From: Lama guanicoe
Taxonomy: Eukaryota
NCBI GenBank assembly: GCA_013239625.1
Contig: MU054187.1
Coordinates: 4,847,757-4,911,756 of the forward strand
Length of the DNA: 64,000 nt
Direction: 5' to 3'
Positions 27,903-42,639 of this stretch are shown piece after piece. The translations under genes and the position numbers were made by a program. How positions within the stretch are numbered: the stretch's first letter is position 1; the number at the start of each line of letters is the position of its first letter. The notes below the pieces were generated by a model. The model was not told where the DNA came from. It saw nothing but the letters and a program-made list of their open reading frames with translations, and did not search any database.

Positions 27903-28886
27903 AGCAGTATTATTTTCCTTCCAGCAGGGCTGTCACTGGGTGAAAGAGGACAGGGGCTGGCGCCTCCGGGCTGAGCTCTGTAGGATAACAGAGCTGCTGT
28001 GCGGGAGAGTCAGCGCTCCGAGGACGGCTGGGCAGAGGGACACCCAGGCTGGCCCCGTCCTGAGCTCCCCATCCTGAGCAGAGAGAGGAAAGCCAGCCAA
28101 GAAGCAGCCAGGCATGGAGAGAGGGGGAAGTGGGGGACAGTCGGGCTTGGGGGTGCACATGCCGTCAAGTCCTTTACCCTCACAGGAGGGAGAGCACGAG
28201 GCGCCCTCGAGCTGACCCAGCGGCTGGGAACCGCGTCCTCACACTCCCTGTGCTTCTGAATGTCTTTGTCCCGGAGGTGCCTTCCTGGGGCGTGGGCCCC
28301 CAGTCGGCACCATCGAGGTGCCGGGTCTCTGACTGAGGGTACTTCCGACCACCGAGTTCAGCTCTAAGAGGGAGAGGGGTGAGCCCCTGGTCCCTGTGGG
28401 CTGCTTGGGGCTCACCGCCTGGTTCCACACGGTGCTCTTTCTCCCCTGTTGGGTGATTTGTACCCACACGGGAGAGCTGGAGAACCAGAACTGTTCCGAG
28501 GATGGGAAAGCGGACCTTGTTCCTCCCACAGCCCACATCCTCCATCAGGGTGTTACCATCGGAGGATCCTCTCGTGCTCCTGATCAGGGCTACTTCCCTT
28601 AATCCTGAGGACACAACTGGACCCACTGTTATTCTGTAAATTTAAATTCAATTTTCCATTTGCGTTACTTTCTAAACTTCATCATGGCTAGTTTTAATCA
28701 AAGACACGAATGATGGATGTTAAATAGGTATGTCGGTTTCACGTAAACTCTGTCTCTTCTAGATTAGCATCGTGCCAAAAAGTCACAGCGTTCCTGTCTG
28801 CTGATGGCGGTTCTTTTTCATACGTTGCAAAATACACACCATGCTGCGTGACATGCCCAGAGGAAAACAAGGTATCTGTGGATGTC

Positions 28887-29022
28887 TTTTTTTTTTCAAT
28901 TTTCATGAATCAAATTTTATTTAAAAAAATGTTGTTCCCCCTTAACAGAGCCATTGGGGATCGAACCCAGGACCTTGTGCCCACAGAGCAGGCACTCTAC
29001 CACTGAGCTAGGCCCTGACCCC
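28887..29022 (-). mobile_element. tRNA-Ala-derived camelid SINE, diverged
   Basis: ggggatcgaacccaggaccttgtgc...ctctaccactgagcta; flanks tgtggatgtctttt / tgtatgtgtctttt. Confidence 0.8.
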
Positions 29023-32000
29023 ATGTGTATGTGTCTTTTTATCAGTAAAGAAACCTTTCAAGAAACCCCCACGGCCCCCAGCAGATTTTCCTTGGCCAAG
29101 AGTGTATCACAGGTTTCAAACCCAATCACCAGCTGGGGGAAGGGAGATGGATGGCCACGTGGAGGAGGGTTGGGACTTCTCTCGAATTCGGGTTCTGATG
29201 GAAAGGAGTGGGGGGAGGGATGGGTGTTGGGTAAGAGGCCAACCACGCCTGTTTCACTTTTGTTTGGACAGCGTAAGGCAGAGTCAGGATCGGAGCGCCA
29301 CAGAGCTCGTGTAGGGAGTTCTTTTCTCCCAGCTCTCCAGAGCGTGAATTATAATGTCGGAATTCACATGTCATGCTTGGGGGCAAAGTTGAGGACACTG
29401 GACATTTAGGAGGAGAAGATGGGTCACTCGAAGTGAAAGTTCAGGGACCTCATCGTTGCACTAAGTCAGCCCCGCTGGGAGCTCTGTGGCCGGGGCCGGG
29501 CACAATTTATGGCGAGTCAGAGAGAGGACCAGTGATTTTCCTTTATCTTCAAGCTGTGTCATTGCAAGGAAAAATGTTGCTTTCAAACACGTGGACACAC
29601 AGTCACAGACACACAATGAAACCTTACGACTTTTGGTAAATTGTGCTCCGTCCATCAGGGGAAATAAACTGAATTGTGAAATAACCCCTCTCCTTTCAGA
29701 TCCTAAAATCTCCCCTGTGAAGGCCAGGGCCTGAGCACAATGGCACAGCTAAATAAACGGCCACCAATAAGGCTGTGAACTGAGTGATGAGTAAGTGTGA
29801 TCTTTGCTTTCTCAAGTCCCATGAAGACAAATAGGAAAAGCTGGTGAACGATCGGCTGTAAAAAAAAAAAGGAAAGAGTTCAACTACCAAGACAGTGCAG
29901 CCTGTCCTTCCAGGAGGAGGAGTGTCCCCACCTGCATCTGCCCCCCCCCTGGAGGGTGTCTCCAAAGGGCAGCATTACACGGGCTTTGTCTCCACCAGAG
30001 TTAAGCCGTCGCCTCACACACGGACTCTGGACTCCCACAGAATCCCCCACACCTTATCAGGTGAGGCCACAGCAGTAGGATTTGCATTTTAGAATGGAGT
30101 TATCATTCTAAGAGCTGTGTAATCACAGTGATTTGCCACGAACGGCCTCCTGAATAGACACAGAAAGCAGAGGTGGCCTCTGGTTACTTCCTGTCTGAAG
30201 TTACTTCCTCTCTCCTAGGTCTGCACTGACAGTTTTGGTTCTGATGTACAGACTTTGTTTTCTTCGTGATTATGGTCTTGACGTCTTTTAGCTCTCTGAC
30301 TGATTCCTTATGGAAGACAAAAAGATACTGGATTCCATCTAGAACATGTATAAACACGTAGGCAGTCACCGTGCAGGAAAGACTGAAGACATCCCTCACT
30401 GCTGGAGGAACACCTCTGAGAATAGAAGGGAACTGCAGAGAAGTAACATTTCACGGCTGGTCGCCTCTGACAGTCATGCTGGTTACACCTCAGACTACGT
30501 TTACAGGCAAAGGTCTCAATATACCATCCAGGGAAAGGATGCAGGGGAGGAAAGGAAAGTGGAAGCAGAAATCATTAAAGTGTCAACTATTATAGGAATG
30601 AGAGAAAGAATAGGAATCCTCAGAGGATCTGGAGAAAGGGCGGTCCAGAGAATCACGGGGAGCCAAGAAAACAGTGTTTTGGAAAACAAATGCCTAGAAA
30701 ATTCTCAGGGGACCGGCAGTCAGCTGTGCTGTACGCCGCCGCACTGGGAGGAGAATGAAGGTCAGGATCTACTGAGCCAGTGTTTCACGAGAGCATCCTA
30801 TTCGTGGGGCGTGGAGCTAGCTGCGAGGAACACAAAGAAAATGCAAAAAATAACTTGTCTTTGCATAACTTCCAATATGGTGCGGGGGAGAGATGTGAAC
30901 ATAGTTTAAATGCAGTGAGGCAAGGGGCCTCATAGAATTACGTGCTGCGGTAGAAGAGGGCGGAGAGAGCAGGAATCACAGGCGGTTTCCTGGAGCAGGT
31001 GAACACTAACCCCGGGACCACCGGGATGCCGCAGTGGCTGTGACTACTGCCCACTCTACCCGGGAGATTGCGGACGTGCCTGGGGAGAAACTCCTCGGAG
31101 GGAACAGGGACAAGAAAATAGGTTTTTCTCTTCTCAAACTCTTGCCTGATCCAAACTGCTTTAAAAAAACAAATTCAAAGTGATTCTTTCAAATTGCAAA
31201 GTTCGTCTTTCTGTTTTTGTCCTCCCGTATCAAAGCAGCTTATCAAGTTGGCCGAAAGAACCAGGCTCTGAGTCACATACCCTCGGCCAGCACTTCTGGG
31301 CTGCTTGTGCGTGGGTCCAGGTGGTCCTTTGATGCTGGGCACGGGGAGGGCGTGTGGTATACGGACAAACACTTCTGGGTGATAAGACTCACAACAAGGG
31401 CCCTGAGCGATGCCCAACAGATGTTCCCCTTAAGCAGCTGCTCCTGGACGTGACTACTCCCAGACACAGCTTACTGTCACCCTGGCAGCTCCTTGTAGCC
31501 GACAGCCACGTGTGACCCGCCGCACGGACAGCGATCCCACCTGGCACCTGGGAGCCTTCCGCCTGGCGGCCCAGCCTGCTGCTGCAGCGGCTGTCCCGGG
31601 GCCTGGCGCTGAGGGAGTCCAGCTGACCCGCGTCGGAACGCCTTCTGAAAGCCTTGGGGAAAAGATGCCAGCTCCGCCTCTCCCTCCCCTCCTCCGACTT
31701 CCATTCCTGAATCAGGCACTTCGTGGACCATTCCTTTTACTTTTACTGCCACTCACAGCACTCACCCTTATTACACACGATGCTTGAAGGAAGTTGAAGC
31801 CACAGACTCCCTGCTATTTGTAAGTTTTCTACACTCTCATTTCCCCTCCGGGGACAACTTGGCTGGTCCATCTCTAGTCCAGGGAGATGCGACCTTCCAT
31901 CGCCCTGGTGTGTTTTAGGAGGCAAGCATTCATGTGAGCAAATACAACTGAATGGCACTGAGCTTTCATCGTGAGAACACAGGACTGCCTCCTGCTGGAA

Positions 32001-33298
32001 GTTTTCTTCTTCCACCTCAAGTTTCCAGCCACATGGTTTAGGCGGCTCGGGGACAGTGGGGATCCCAAGAGCAGCCAGAATCTGGTACTCAACCAGTGAG
32101 GAGCCGTATAGATGGAAACCCATCAGCTTCAGAAACCCCCCATTACCCCCTGATTTATGAAGGAAAAAGAGAGACTGAGAAGCTGTGGATTTTCCTTGTT
32201 CCTGAAACACGCACTCCCCCCAGGAGAAACCCCTGGGCTGTGCTGGCCGACCCCCTTGGTGATGTCAGGGTTATGACTTGGTGTGAGCTTCTCCCAATCT
32301 CGTCCTCACCCGCCCCAGCTTCCGTGGTGTGAATCAGGGTCCTGGGGCACAGAGCTCCCGTCTGGCGTGGCCAACTTGCTCCTCATAAAGAAACCACCTC
32401 CCCTGTTCTCATTTCTTTTTCCCTCTCTCTCTTACTGTTTGCACAGCTGAAATTGGGAGTGTGCTGGGATCAAGTCCTAGGATACAGGAAAAGATAGATT
32501 AGAAATTATTTGTAAGCTATGTAACTCATGTTGACCAGAAATTGCAAAAAACAGCCTTTTCAGGTATGGGATGGGGTCCTCCTGTGCTAGCTCAGCGTGG
32601 TTGGAAGTCTTGCTGCTGAAGGTAAGCGCATCCTGAGAAGACAGCCCAGCAAAGCAGAGCTTTCCTGCCGTTCAGTCATGCCTCCTCAGCTTCCTTCTCC
32701 TCGGCACCATCTGCTTTTTTCACTTAACCTCTTCAAGGAGGTTAGCCACAGCCGATCTTTTCCGAGCTACCATCTTGTCTGTATGGCCAAATGGATTGGG
32801 GAACTCTGACTTGAAGGCAAAGCCCAATGTGAACTCATCTTTTAACCATTTCCTTCCTGTGACTTGTCACATGGTGTCTTCCCATCAAGTGGCTGAAAAA
32901 AACAAAAAAGTTCTGTTTGCAATGGGATGCTACTGGAGTTTACAGAACATCCAGAGAGTAACCGGGAGAAATTCGTGCGAGTCCTTAAAAATTTTTGTTT
33001 GTAATTCCCTGTACCGTCTCTATTTTTGGTTTATCTCTGGGACGGGGGCTCCAGTGAATATCAAACAGCAAGATGAACGGGGTGTCCAGCAAAGCAACAG
33101 AACTCCGACAGTTCCCCAGAAGGAGGAGCAAACTGGCCCCACGACACTGAGCGATGTCTGCAAGTCAGCTGCCCGTACGTAGGCGCTGCTGACGGATGGA
33201 GCCGTCTGGACTCGGATCAGCGCTGCGGTCAGGGCGTTTAGTGTCCGTAAGGGTCTCTGGGTCACCAGAGCTCCTTTCTCAGCAGTGTGCACATGCGA

Positions 33299-33882
33299 TT
33301 TTTTTTTTTTGTTATTGAAGTATAGTTGATTTACAATCCTGTGTTGGCTTCTGGTGCACAGCCTAGTGGTTCAGTTACACATATCCTTTTCACGTGCTTT
33401 TTCATTATCGGCTATCACAAGGTGAATAGAGTCCCCTGTGCTCTACAGTAGGGCCTTGTTGTTTACCTATTTTGTATACAGTAGTATCGGCAAATCACAA
33501 ACTCCCAATTTATCCCTCCACACCCCCTTCCCCCCTGGCAACTCTAAGTTTGTTTTCTATGTCTGTGAGTCTATTTCTGTTTTGTAAATAAGTTCATTTG
33601 TGTGTGTGTGGTTTTTTTTTAGATTCCACGTAGAAGTGATACCATAGGGTATTTTTTTTTTTTCCTTTCTGGCTTACTTCACTTAGAATGACGATCTCCA
33701 GGTCCATCCGTGGTGCTGCAAATGGCATTATTTTATTCTCTTTTTTATGGCTGAGTAGTTTTCCACCACCCCCACACACATCACAACTTCTTTCTCCAGT
33801 CATCTGTCAATGGATAGGTTGCTTCCACCTCTTGGCTGTTGTAAATAGTGCTGCTGTGGACATTGGGGTTCATGTGTCTTTT
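33299..33882 (-). mobile_element. 5'-truncated cetartiodactyl/camelid L1 3' end
   Basis: Poly-T tail, attgaagtatagttgatttacaa, aggtccatccgtggtgctgcaaatggcatta. Confidence 0.9.
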
Positions 33883-36537
33883 CATATGGATATTTTTATT
33901 TATGTTCACCATCACGTTGTACTTTTGCAGCTGTTTGTCTTAGAGTGAAATGAAGTCAGAAATGGGAATACATTGAAAAAGTTCAAATTGCTATGGAAAT
34001 GGAATGTTTTGCTATAAGCAAAGGCAGATAAGAATGGAACTCCCAATTTCTGTTGGCTGGTGTTCCGGGAATACTGTCCTTGACAGACGGGAGAGGTAAC
34101 CTGGTTCCTGCTGCACTCACTTCCCTGTAGACGACGCTGTCCCTGCTTCTGTTGGTTTGCCGGGCCAGGTGGAACCTGATCATAGCCTCCTATTGTTGAC
34201 GGGCACGCCAGGGACCCACCTGCTGTCTGATGACAGGTGGGGAGGAGGCAGTCCCCGTGGCTCGGTATTGCCTGAGACAACTCGGGAGCTTCTGGGCCAT
34301 TTTGTTGAATCTGTTTCTCCAAAAACATCTATTGCATCAACAGTCTTTCTGATAGTTTGGGACTGACAGTCTCCATTTGCCACGTGAGAAAGTCTTGGAA
34401 GCAACCTGTAAAAGCAGGGAGAGAAGTCCAGACACACAGAGGAGAAGACTTGCTCTGAGCGGCTGCTTTGATTTTTCCATTTTCAGAATTTCAGATTTCC
34501 TTGGCACATCAGTAAGTTGTAAATTCCATTAGGGACATAAAAGCTATGGATTTGGGGATGGGCTGGACCATGCAGGTGAGAGGTCTCTGCTTTGCTTCTC
34601 TCAGAGGCTAGCTTGTATCTATGCTATTAATGAAATAAAAAATGAATATGGCAGGAGCAAATGATTTCAGTTCCCAAACTGCCTTTGGAGGGTGACTGGC
34701 AACGCTGAGCCCCCCTAAACAGCTAGGGAGGGGGAGGGCAGGGCAGCCCCCAGCCCCTCTGATGCATGTGTTTTTGCAGCTTGCCTTTGGGTCCGAGGGT
34801 ACAGCCCTGTGGGTCAGAGGGAAGCCCTGGGGTCAGCGCTGGCACCGCCCCTGCTTAGCTCTTGGCCACGGTCCCTGTAGGTATTCCAGACGGACCAGGA
34901 TCCTGCGTAGCAAGTCCTATGTAATAATTTCTGGTCCTCGAATTGCATTCACCTAGTTTCAATTTCACTACGAATGGATTGTGGTTCATAATTTAAAAGG
35001 AAGGATTTATGTGCACCGAGCAATTTCAGAAGTGGACTCGGGATCTATTATTCTGCAGTGACTCTCTGCCCTTCAGCCCAGAGGGCTTTGGAGATAAGAA
35101 ACTGTACCTTGAAGGGTACTTTTTGACTTGTCCAGACGGCTGCCTTTTTGACTGATCAGCTTTAGAGAATTCCTGTTGTCAAACTGTAAAACTTTGGTCC
35201 AATCAGAAACCCGAGGGAACGCCTTCAGCAAACTTCTTTATACAGATCTGCGTGGAAAGAGGGAAGGTCACAGATGAGGATTTCCCCTCCCGGCAGCGAG
35301 CAGCCGAAGTGGTGAGCGCGGAGGGAACTCTGCCGCGGAGAGGCGCGCCCGGCCCCGGTCCCGGGAGCACAGAGCTGGTCTTCCGACGTCTGCGTCATCA
35401 AAACGCAGTGGAAGCTTCCCGCCTTCCTGGGCGGGCTTTCCTCCTTGAGCCAGCAGTTCCCCGGGCTTCCCCAGATGAGCAGGTGGCTGATGACAGCTGG
35501 ATAGGTGTTTTTCATACATGATTAATGCGATGGCAGATAACTGGAATTAAAGGCGATTTACAGAAACATGGCCTTATGTGTATAAAAGAAGTTTTTAAAA
35601 AGTCTTTTTTAAAATAGCCGTCAAATGACTCAGTGGCCATGGGTAAGACAGAGCTTTTCAGAGATAAGCCCCTATGCTGTGTGCTGGTTGCGCCTGTTTG
35701 AGCCAAACGTGGTTGAAGGTTGGCTCACTCCTGAGAGAGACGGGCCTCACACACCCGAGGTTCCACCTTTAACATGACCTCTTTGTATTTATTAGCACTT
35801 CTTTCTTCCAAGAAACCAAAATGAGGAATGATGCATTCATTGTCTTAGGGAGGGTTTCCTAGGAAACCGGGCCTGGAAACGGGCTTTGTGTGCAAGAATG
35901 TGGCTGGGGAGGGCTCTGGGAGTCCACCCCTGTGCAGGATGGAGGAGGAAGGAATAGGCAGAGGAAGACCGTGAAGCAGTCCCCAGCAGGCTGCCACTGG
36001 CCCTGGTCCCTTGGGACCTCGGGGGCAGGGACAGTCCTGCAGAGATTTTTCTGACTTGAGGCAACCACACACACCAGCCATTAGATGTGTGTTGTCTCTG
36101 GGAGGCACCATGAACTTGGGCAGGGCAGAGCAATTCTCAGAGAGGGATCCAGCTGGGATCCGAGAAGCTAACACTCTCAGTGCTGGAGGACCAGTGCCTG
36201 AGTGGCGCAGGGAGAGGGTGGGGCGGCCCCACACCACCCAACACACATCCCTGTGTGACTTAGCTCTTAGTTTTTTGCAAAGCCTGGTGCATCTCTTTCC
36301 CAAGGGACTCTTTGCTTCCCACCAATACATTTGCTTGCTTTTGGGGTTCGAGTTCCTGTGTGTGTGCCACACCCTGTAACATACATTCACGTCTATTACC
36401 ATATCCACACGGTCTATGGCTCTGTCTGCCCAGGTGTGCTCTGCCGGCGTGCTCAGACTTCACAGGTCGTTCTGGGTGTGCAGAGGCAGACACAGTCTGG
36501 AAGAGGAGGTGCTTTTGAAATGAGTTTTTATCTTCAG

Positions 36538-37100
36538 TAGTTTTTGTATTGGAGTCTAGTTGATTTACAATGTTTCAGGCATACAGCAAAGTGATTCAGT
36601 TCTACATATGTATAAATCTATTCTTTTTAAGATTCTTTTCCATTGTAGGTTATTACAAGACATTGAATACAGTTCCCTGTATTCTGCTGTACAGTAGGTC
36701 CCTGCTGGTTTATTTTATATCTGTTAATCCCAAACTCCTAATTTATCCCTCCCTCCATTTCCCCTTTGGTAACCATAAGTTTGTTTTCTATGTCTGTGAG
36801 TCTGTTTTGGCTTGTAAATAAGTTCATTTGTATCATTTGTTAAATTCCACATATAAGCGATATCGTATTTGCCTTTTTGTCCAGCTTTCTTCACTGACCT
36901 GACAATCTCCAGGTCCATTCATGTTGCTGCAAATGGCATTATTTCACTTTTTATGGCTGAGTAGTATTCCATTGTATAAATATACCACATCTTCTTTATC
37001 CATTCGTCTGTTGATGGGCACTTAGGTTGTTTGCATGTCTCGGCTATTGTAAATAGTGCTGTTATGAACATTGGGGTGTGTGCATCTTTTCGAATTAGAG
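36538..37100 (-). mobile_element. 5'-truncated cetartiodactyl/camelid L1 3' end
   Basis: Same 3' motifs as the 33.3 kb copy; degenerate TSD ttgaaatgagttttt / ttgaaacaagctttt. Confidence 0.9.
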
Positions 37101-40100
37101 TTGAAACAAGCTTTTTAAAAATGTGATTTAAAATCTTCTGCCAGGTCTGGGTGTGGCCATAAGGACCACAGCATCCTGAGTGTTTGCAGCCCTAAGATGA
37201 CCCACCCAGCATTTTCCCTCTAAGAGTAGGTTGTGATCGCTGTGCGGAACTTGGACAGGGAAATGTGTTCTTCCACCAGAGAAACAGACACCTCCCTGAG
37301 GAATCTTGGCTGGGAGACCTTGGCCACGGAGAGCTGGCCAGCTCTAGAGCGCTGTGAGGTTGTTCCATGAAGTAAAAACTGGAGGCCTGCAGACAGGTCC
37401 AGGGGTGGCGACGTCCTGCTCTTGAGTGACATTTCCAAGTGTAATTCACAGACGCAGCAAGCCTGGAAAATGCTTGCTGTCAACCCCTGAGGTGTTGGAA
37501 TTCTTTATCTGATTATGTGGATGAAGAGAAGGAGGCTCTGGGAGGTAAACCAACCGCCCCCGTGGTCTGCGCGGCTTACAAGTAAGATGCCCAGCGTTCC
37601 GGTCTCTTCCACGTGGTCCCCGTCACTCCGCTGTTCTGGTGCAGTTGTATCACCCCCTTTCCGTCCACACGAATTTCTTGACTCACATGATGTATGATGT
37701 GCCTTTTGAGTCCAGGCCTCTTGACACAAAACCCCACAAGCTTCCCCTAAGGCCTTGCCAACAGTCTTAGGAAGTTACAGCTCGTCCAGTGTCCGTGGCT
37801 GGTACAGACCCTTCCACGTGAGCAGCGTCCTCGACTCTGCGCACGGTCTTCTCTCTTCCTGCACACGACAGACCAGGAGCAACTGGCATCGACTGCATTT
37901 TTCATTAAGTTTCTTCTCCGATATATACAATTACAAAAACGTGAGCCAAAAGAAACACTGGCGTAGGGGCGGAGAGATGTTCATTTTTATTAGGTTAACG
38001 AGGCCCTTCTGCATTCTTCTTAAGACTCAGGCCATTTGGACCTGGGCTGATTTTTAGAGCTGAGCTACACTGTCTGGTGTGTGGATGAGCAGTTCAGACT
38101 CTGAAAGTCAACCCTCTGCCCAACGAGACGCTTGGTGTTTTCCCAGGAAACGGCAGCGGGACTGCAGCTGCCGAGGCGAAGAGCCCACGGAGCTCGTCCG
38201 GGATGAGGCCTTGGGGTGAGGCCGGCGCCCGGCGAGCGTCGGGCGGTGAGAGACGCACCAGCACCGGCCGCGCCCCGCGCTGGGCTGCCCCACGGCACAG
38301 CCATCGTGGCACTGAGAGCCAGAGACGGACATCTCAAGTTCCCCGCCCTCAAGTAACCGCAAGGGTTATCGAGCCTCTTGGTTACGAGAACACCGGGGGG
38401 TATGACTTCAAAAGTGTTTCGTAACATGAGCTTAATATGACTCCAGCTTCAAACAACTAATTGACTGGCTCCCCACGCAGAAACCTAGTCATGGTGGGAG
38501 CTGTGACACCCTCCCCAGGCGCCACCTACAGGGCCTTAGGCGTGCCTTCGCAGCAAGCATCAGTTTCCGGTTTTATTCAGAATGGCATTCCCCCACCTCC
38601 CATGAATGGTAAAGGAGCTTTCTGGTTAGAATTTAGTTTGGAATAATGAGTCGTCTTAAAGAGACATTAATTTCCAAAAAAAAAAAAAAAACCTTAAACC
38701 ATGCTTTTCAATAGTTTCTCCATTTCATGGTTGAAGGAAAAAGATTTATTTTTCTAAGTGACTTTTTAACTTATGAGACAAGAGAGGCAGAAAGAAAGGG
38801 GGAAAGAGAGAGAGAAACTGGGCTCTCGTGTGTGTGTAGGAAAAAAAGTTCCTTTCGAACTTTCACTTTCATTAAAATACACAGCTAAACTAGAGCCTGA
38901 GACTGCTCCCAGTTTAGAGCTCAAATACACCCCCAAGTAAAAGCCAAAGGCCAGGAGGGCCCTCCCCAGATGCCAGCTAGGGACCCTCTTGCGTGAGGTT
39001 TAGAAACGAACAGAAAACGCCACTCACTCGTCAGTAAAAGCAGTGGGTATCACCTTGGTCTCCAAGTAACATTTTCCTGTACAGCTGCCGGAGACAGACT
39101 TCTCGGTTATATAAGTGACTCATTTGAGCATTAAAGGCCTTGGAAGGGGCCAAAAGTAAGGGAAGAGAAAAGAAAGGGAGGAGAAAGGAGGGGCCAGTTA
39201 AGTGTTGTCATTTTCCTGAGTTGCTCACCTGGCAGCTTCAGAAGAGTGAAGCCCCAGGCTAAGCTTGGTAGAGACGGACAGGCGTGTGGGAGACGCTCAC
39301 CAGAATGACCGAGGCCCGAGACCATCTAAAGCATCTCGGCCACCACCATCCCCTCATCCCGGTTTTGCCAGTTTTCTGCTTCAGTGGTTCATTCAGGATT
39401 TTTCCCCTTCCCTTTCTCCCTTGTCTTTCCAGGCACCCCAAAAATGTGGGTTCTCCCCCCTCCTGATGTGGCCTTTTGGGTGCGTTCAGTATGGGGATGC
39501 AATTTTGCAGAAGCCATTTTGACAGGGTTTTTAAAAAAAAAACAAACTGTAAAAGCTCCAGCTCGTAACAGTTACTAGATAGCATGTGAAACAAGACATT
39601 GTCACCTTATCCATGTGCTTGGCTTATTCTGGACCCACCTGCTTCTCTGGTCTCAGCCTTGGCCTTCGGGAAAGATTCAGGGATGGGGTAGACACATCCA
39701 GAGGGCACCTTAGCTGGTATCAAAGATTTGTCTTCACCTGTTTTGATATGACTGCCTCAAACTGCTCCCGAAGTGCCTGACTTTGGAACAAGCCCTCTTA
39801 GAGAAAAAAACTAATATGACCAAGAAATCATGGGGTAAAGAGTTCCGAACCGGCCGTTGGAGGCCGCCCCATCTTCTGGCTTCACTTTTAGCAGCCTTCT
39901 TTTATACAACTTGGAAGATAAGCCTTTACCCCATTCGGGATGCTATGAAGCTCACAGCAAGGACTGCTGGAGTCAGAACTTTTCTTGGGCTAGAAAATAC
40001 TAATCTGGAAAATTTCCGATCATTTCCTCCTTCAGCCCCGACAAGGAGAGTAAGGGGGGAAATGTAATACTGTAATGAAATAAACACAGGAAGAAGGCTA

Positions 40101-40489
40101 CTGATTATTAAAGCCATAGTTGGATGTCTGCCCGCAAGACTGAGACTCACTGTTTATTACTGACCCCAGTAAGGCTGACACGTGCACGTCCTCTGAAACT
40201 GACTTACTTGCTCTGAAGACCTGGCAGATCCGCTCAAAGGCCCCGTGCGTGTCCCGTGGGAACCACCCTTGGGGAGGGTGGGAGGATGGTTCCCACCCTT
40301 CATGGGCACGTCTGCTCAATTTGGGGAGGTTTCTGATTATCTTGTCACTTCACGCGAGCTGTCGCTCTTTCCCGCTGGGCTGACCCAGATGTAGAACTCA
40401 GCTCCTTTCCGTGATGGCCACAAACATTATGCATATAAATCCTTGCGTGTATAGACTTAATGTTATTTGTATTTGGGATTAAAACAGAG

Positions 40490-41050
40490 AAAATTCAAAT
40501 TGTGAAATATTTAAAATATACAGGCAGAAATAGCTAATAATGTAATGAGAGCCAGTGTCCCATCTACCCAGACTTAGGGATCCTAGCCTCATACCACACT
40601 TCTCTGGATACGTCTTTGAGAAGCAGTAGGACACTGCTGACACAGCTGAGGTTCCCGGGCAGCCCTCCCCGACCGTGGCCCACTTCTTCCTCCAGCGTGT
40701 TACTGCTTTCATCACCTGAGTGTTTATTATTCCCATGCCTGGTTTTATACTTTTTTTACTTATATACGGGGTCATAATCAGTATAGATGATTATATTTCA
40801 GGGTTTTAATGTCACACAGTTGATATCAAACTGCCTATGACATTCTGTAACTTGGTTTGTTTTTCATCCAACATCAATGTCTGCGGCTCTGTACCAGCCC
40901 ATTGCAAGAACAGCCCACCACTTACCCGTTTTCCCACTAATGAACACTCAGGCTGTTCTCAGTCTGAGCTGTCACACACAGTGCTGCGTGAACACTCTTT
41001 TCTCCCTTGAACACGAGTGTGAGAGTTTCCTTAGGGGATATACCAAAACC
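40490..41050 (-). mobile_element. Ancient L1 (L1MD/ME-type) 3' fragments
   Basis: ccagtgtcccatctacccagactt...tttattattcccatgc...gagtttccttaggggatatacc. Confidence 0.55.
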
Positions 41051-41484
41051 ACCAGCGGACCTTTCACCTCTCCCAGAGCCTCTAGGCTCGTGTCGATTGC
41101 TAGTTCCAATATTTCTTCCTTTTAAATTCCTCTCTCTCACTCTCTTTTGTGTGAAATATCCTCTGTCGCTCACAGTTATCTGCATTGTGTGTCTGGTTGA
41201 GCAGTTTAGCTCTTTGCCGCCCTTGCACCTAAACTCAGTTCCTGGTTTACCTCTGCGTGTTCAGTCCCATCACAGCATCCTGCAGCACAAAACCAGCCCA
41301 GTAGCCCCCCTTCTCTTAATAGGACACAGGCTCTCTAGAAGGTGAATGTGATCGTAAAAGGGGTTTGCTTTCTCCCTCCCGTTTGAGAAGGGATCCCCAC
41401 AGGATGGCGCTTTGCTGTCTCTCTTCGTCCAGGGAATAATCATCACGCGCTTGGGAGGTTTGGTCTTGAAGAATCAAATACACG

Positions 41485-42460
41485 ATTCATTCCTTCAGCA
41501 ATCATTTTACTAAGTGTTTCCCTGGCACTGTACTAGGTGCTGGAATGATCACAAAGAAGGACAGACTCGAAAGAACTCTGATTAGTCAGGGAAGTAAACC
41601 CTTAAATGCAACACTCTGAAAACCTTTCCTCCAAGAGTAGAGCAGAGTGCTGTGGAAATACTGAGACAAGAATGTTAATTGTATTGAGAAAGCTTCAGAA
41701 AAGAGATGGCAGCAGAAAGAATAATTGCTATTCCAGCAAGAGCCTGGGAGTCTAGTGTGGTTGGGACTGAAGAATTTGGTGGCCAGATTTCAGAATCTGG
41801 GAAGAAAAATTGAGACGTAGTTGCAAGGAGGGTAGCTTGGTCCAGGGTTTGCGTGGTTGTCGGCACCAGGCTCAGCTGTTTGAGTTGCAGTCTATAATCA
41901 ACGGGGAGCCACAGGCGTTTAAAAAAACGAAGGCGTTGTAATACTAAGTCTGGGCTATAAAACAAATTAGCAGCTGTTCATAAACGTGGAGAGCAGGTAG
42001 GTGGCTGTCCCTGGGAGAACACAGAGGGACCGAACCAAGGTAGTCAGGGGCAAATGGAAGGAAAGTAATTCAGGAAATTTGAGAACAAATCAGGATTTGC
42101 TATGGTTAAACACAAAGATGGGCCTGGATCTGTGAGTGATGAAAGGAAGAAAGAGTTAAAAACAAAAAGAATCCGAGCTCGGAGGCTAATTAGGTCAAGA
42201 TGCCATTCTCCAAGGAAAGGACTTGGGGAAGAGAGACAAGTCCTTGTCGAAAGGTCATGAATTTGATGTAGGTAATTTTGAATGTCAAGTGCCCATAAGC
42301 AACCATATGGAGTTGTCGTCAGTGGTCAGTGGAACTGGGGTCCAGTATTCGGGAGAAGTAAGGCTGAGGGGAGAGTTTGGGGGAGGGTTTTAATATTGTC
42401 AAAAGCAGCAGAGAAGTCAAAGAAGATGAATGCAGAGTATTGTTACTTAGCACAAGTTCA
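41485..42460 (-). mobile_element. Extended L2 remnant
   Basis: attcattccttcagcaatcattttactaagtg...ggcactgtactaggtgctgg tail followed by purine-rich L2 body. Confidence 0.7.
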
Positions 42461-42639
42461 TGCGCCTGACGCACTGTGAAGCCAAACAGACGGAAATGCC
42501 ACTTTCTCTCATTTACGGGAGCACAGCTGAAGATCTCCGAGTTTTGTGAAATATACTCTAGGGGGACTAGAAGGTGGAACAGAGCTCTGATCCTCCCTAC
42601 TGAATTATTCACAGCCAGTGTTATCAAATATCAAGCCAG

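Noticed and set aside
30346..30909. 187-aa ATG ORF
   Set aside because: Purine-rich intergenic sequence resembling decayed repeat; no protein motif recognised.
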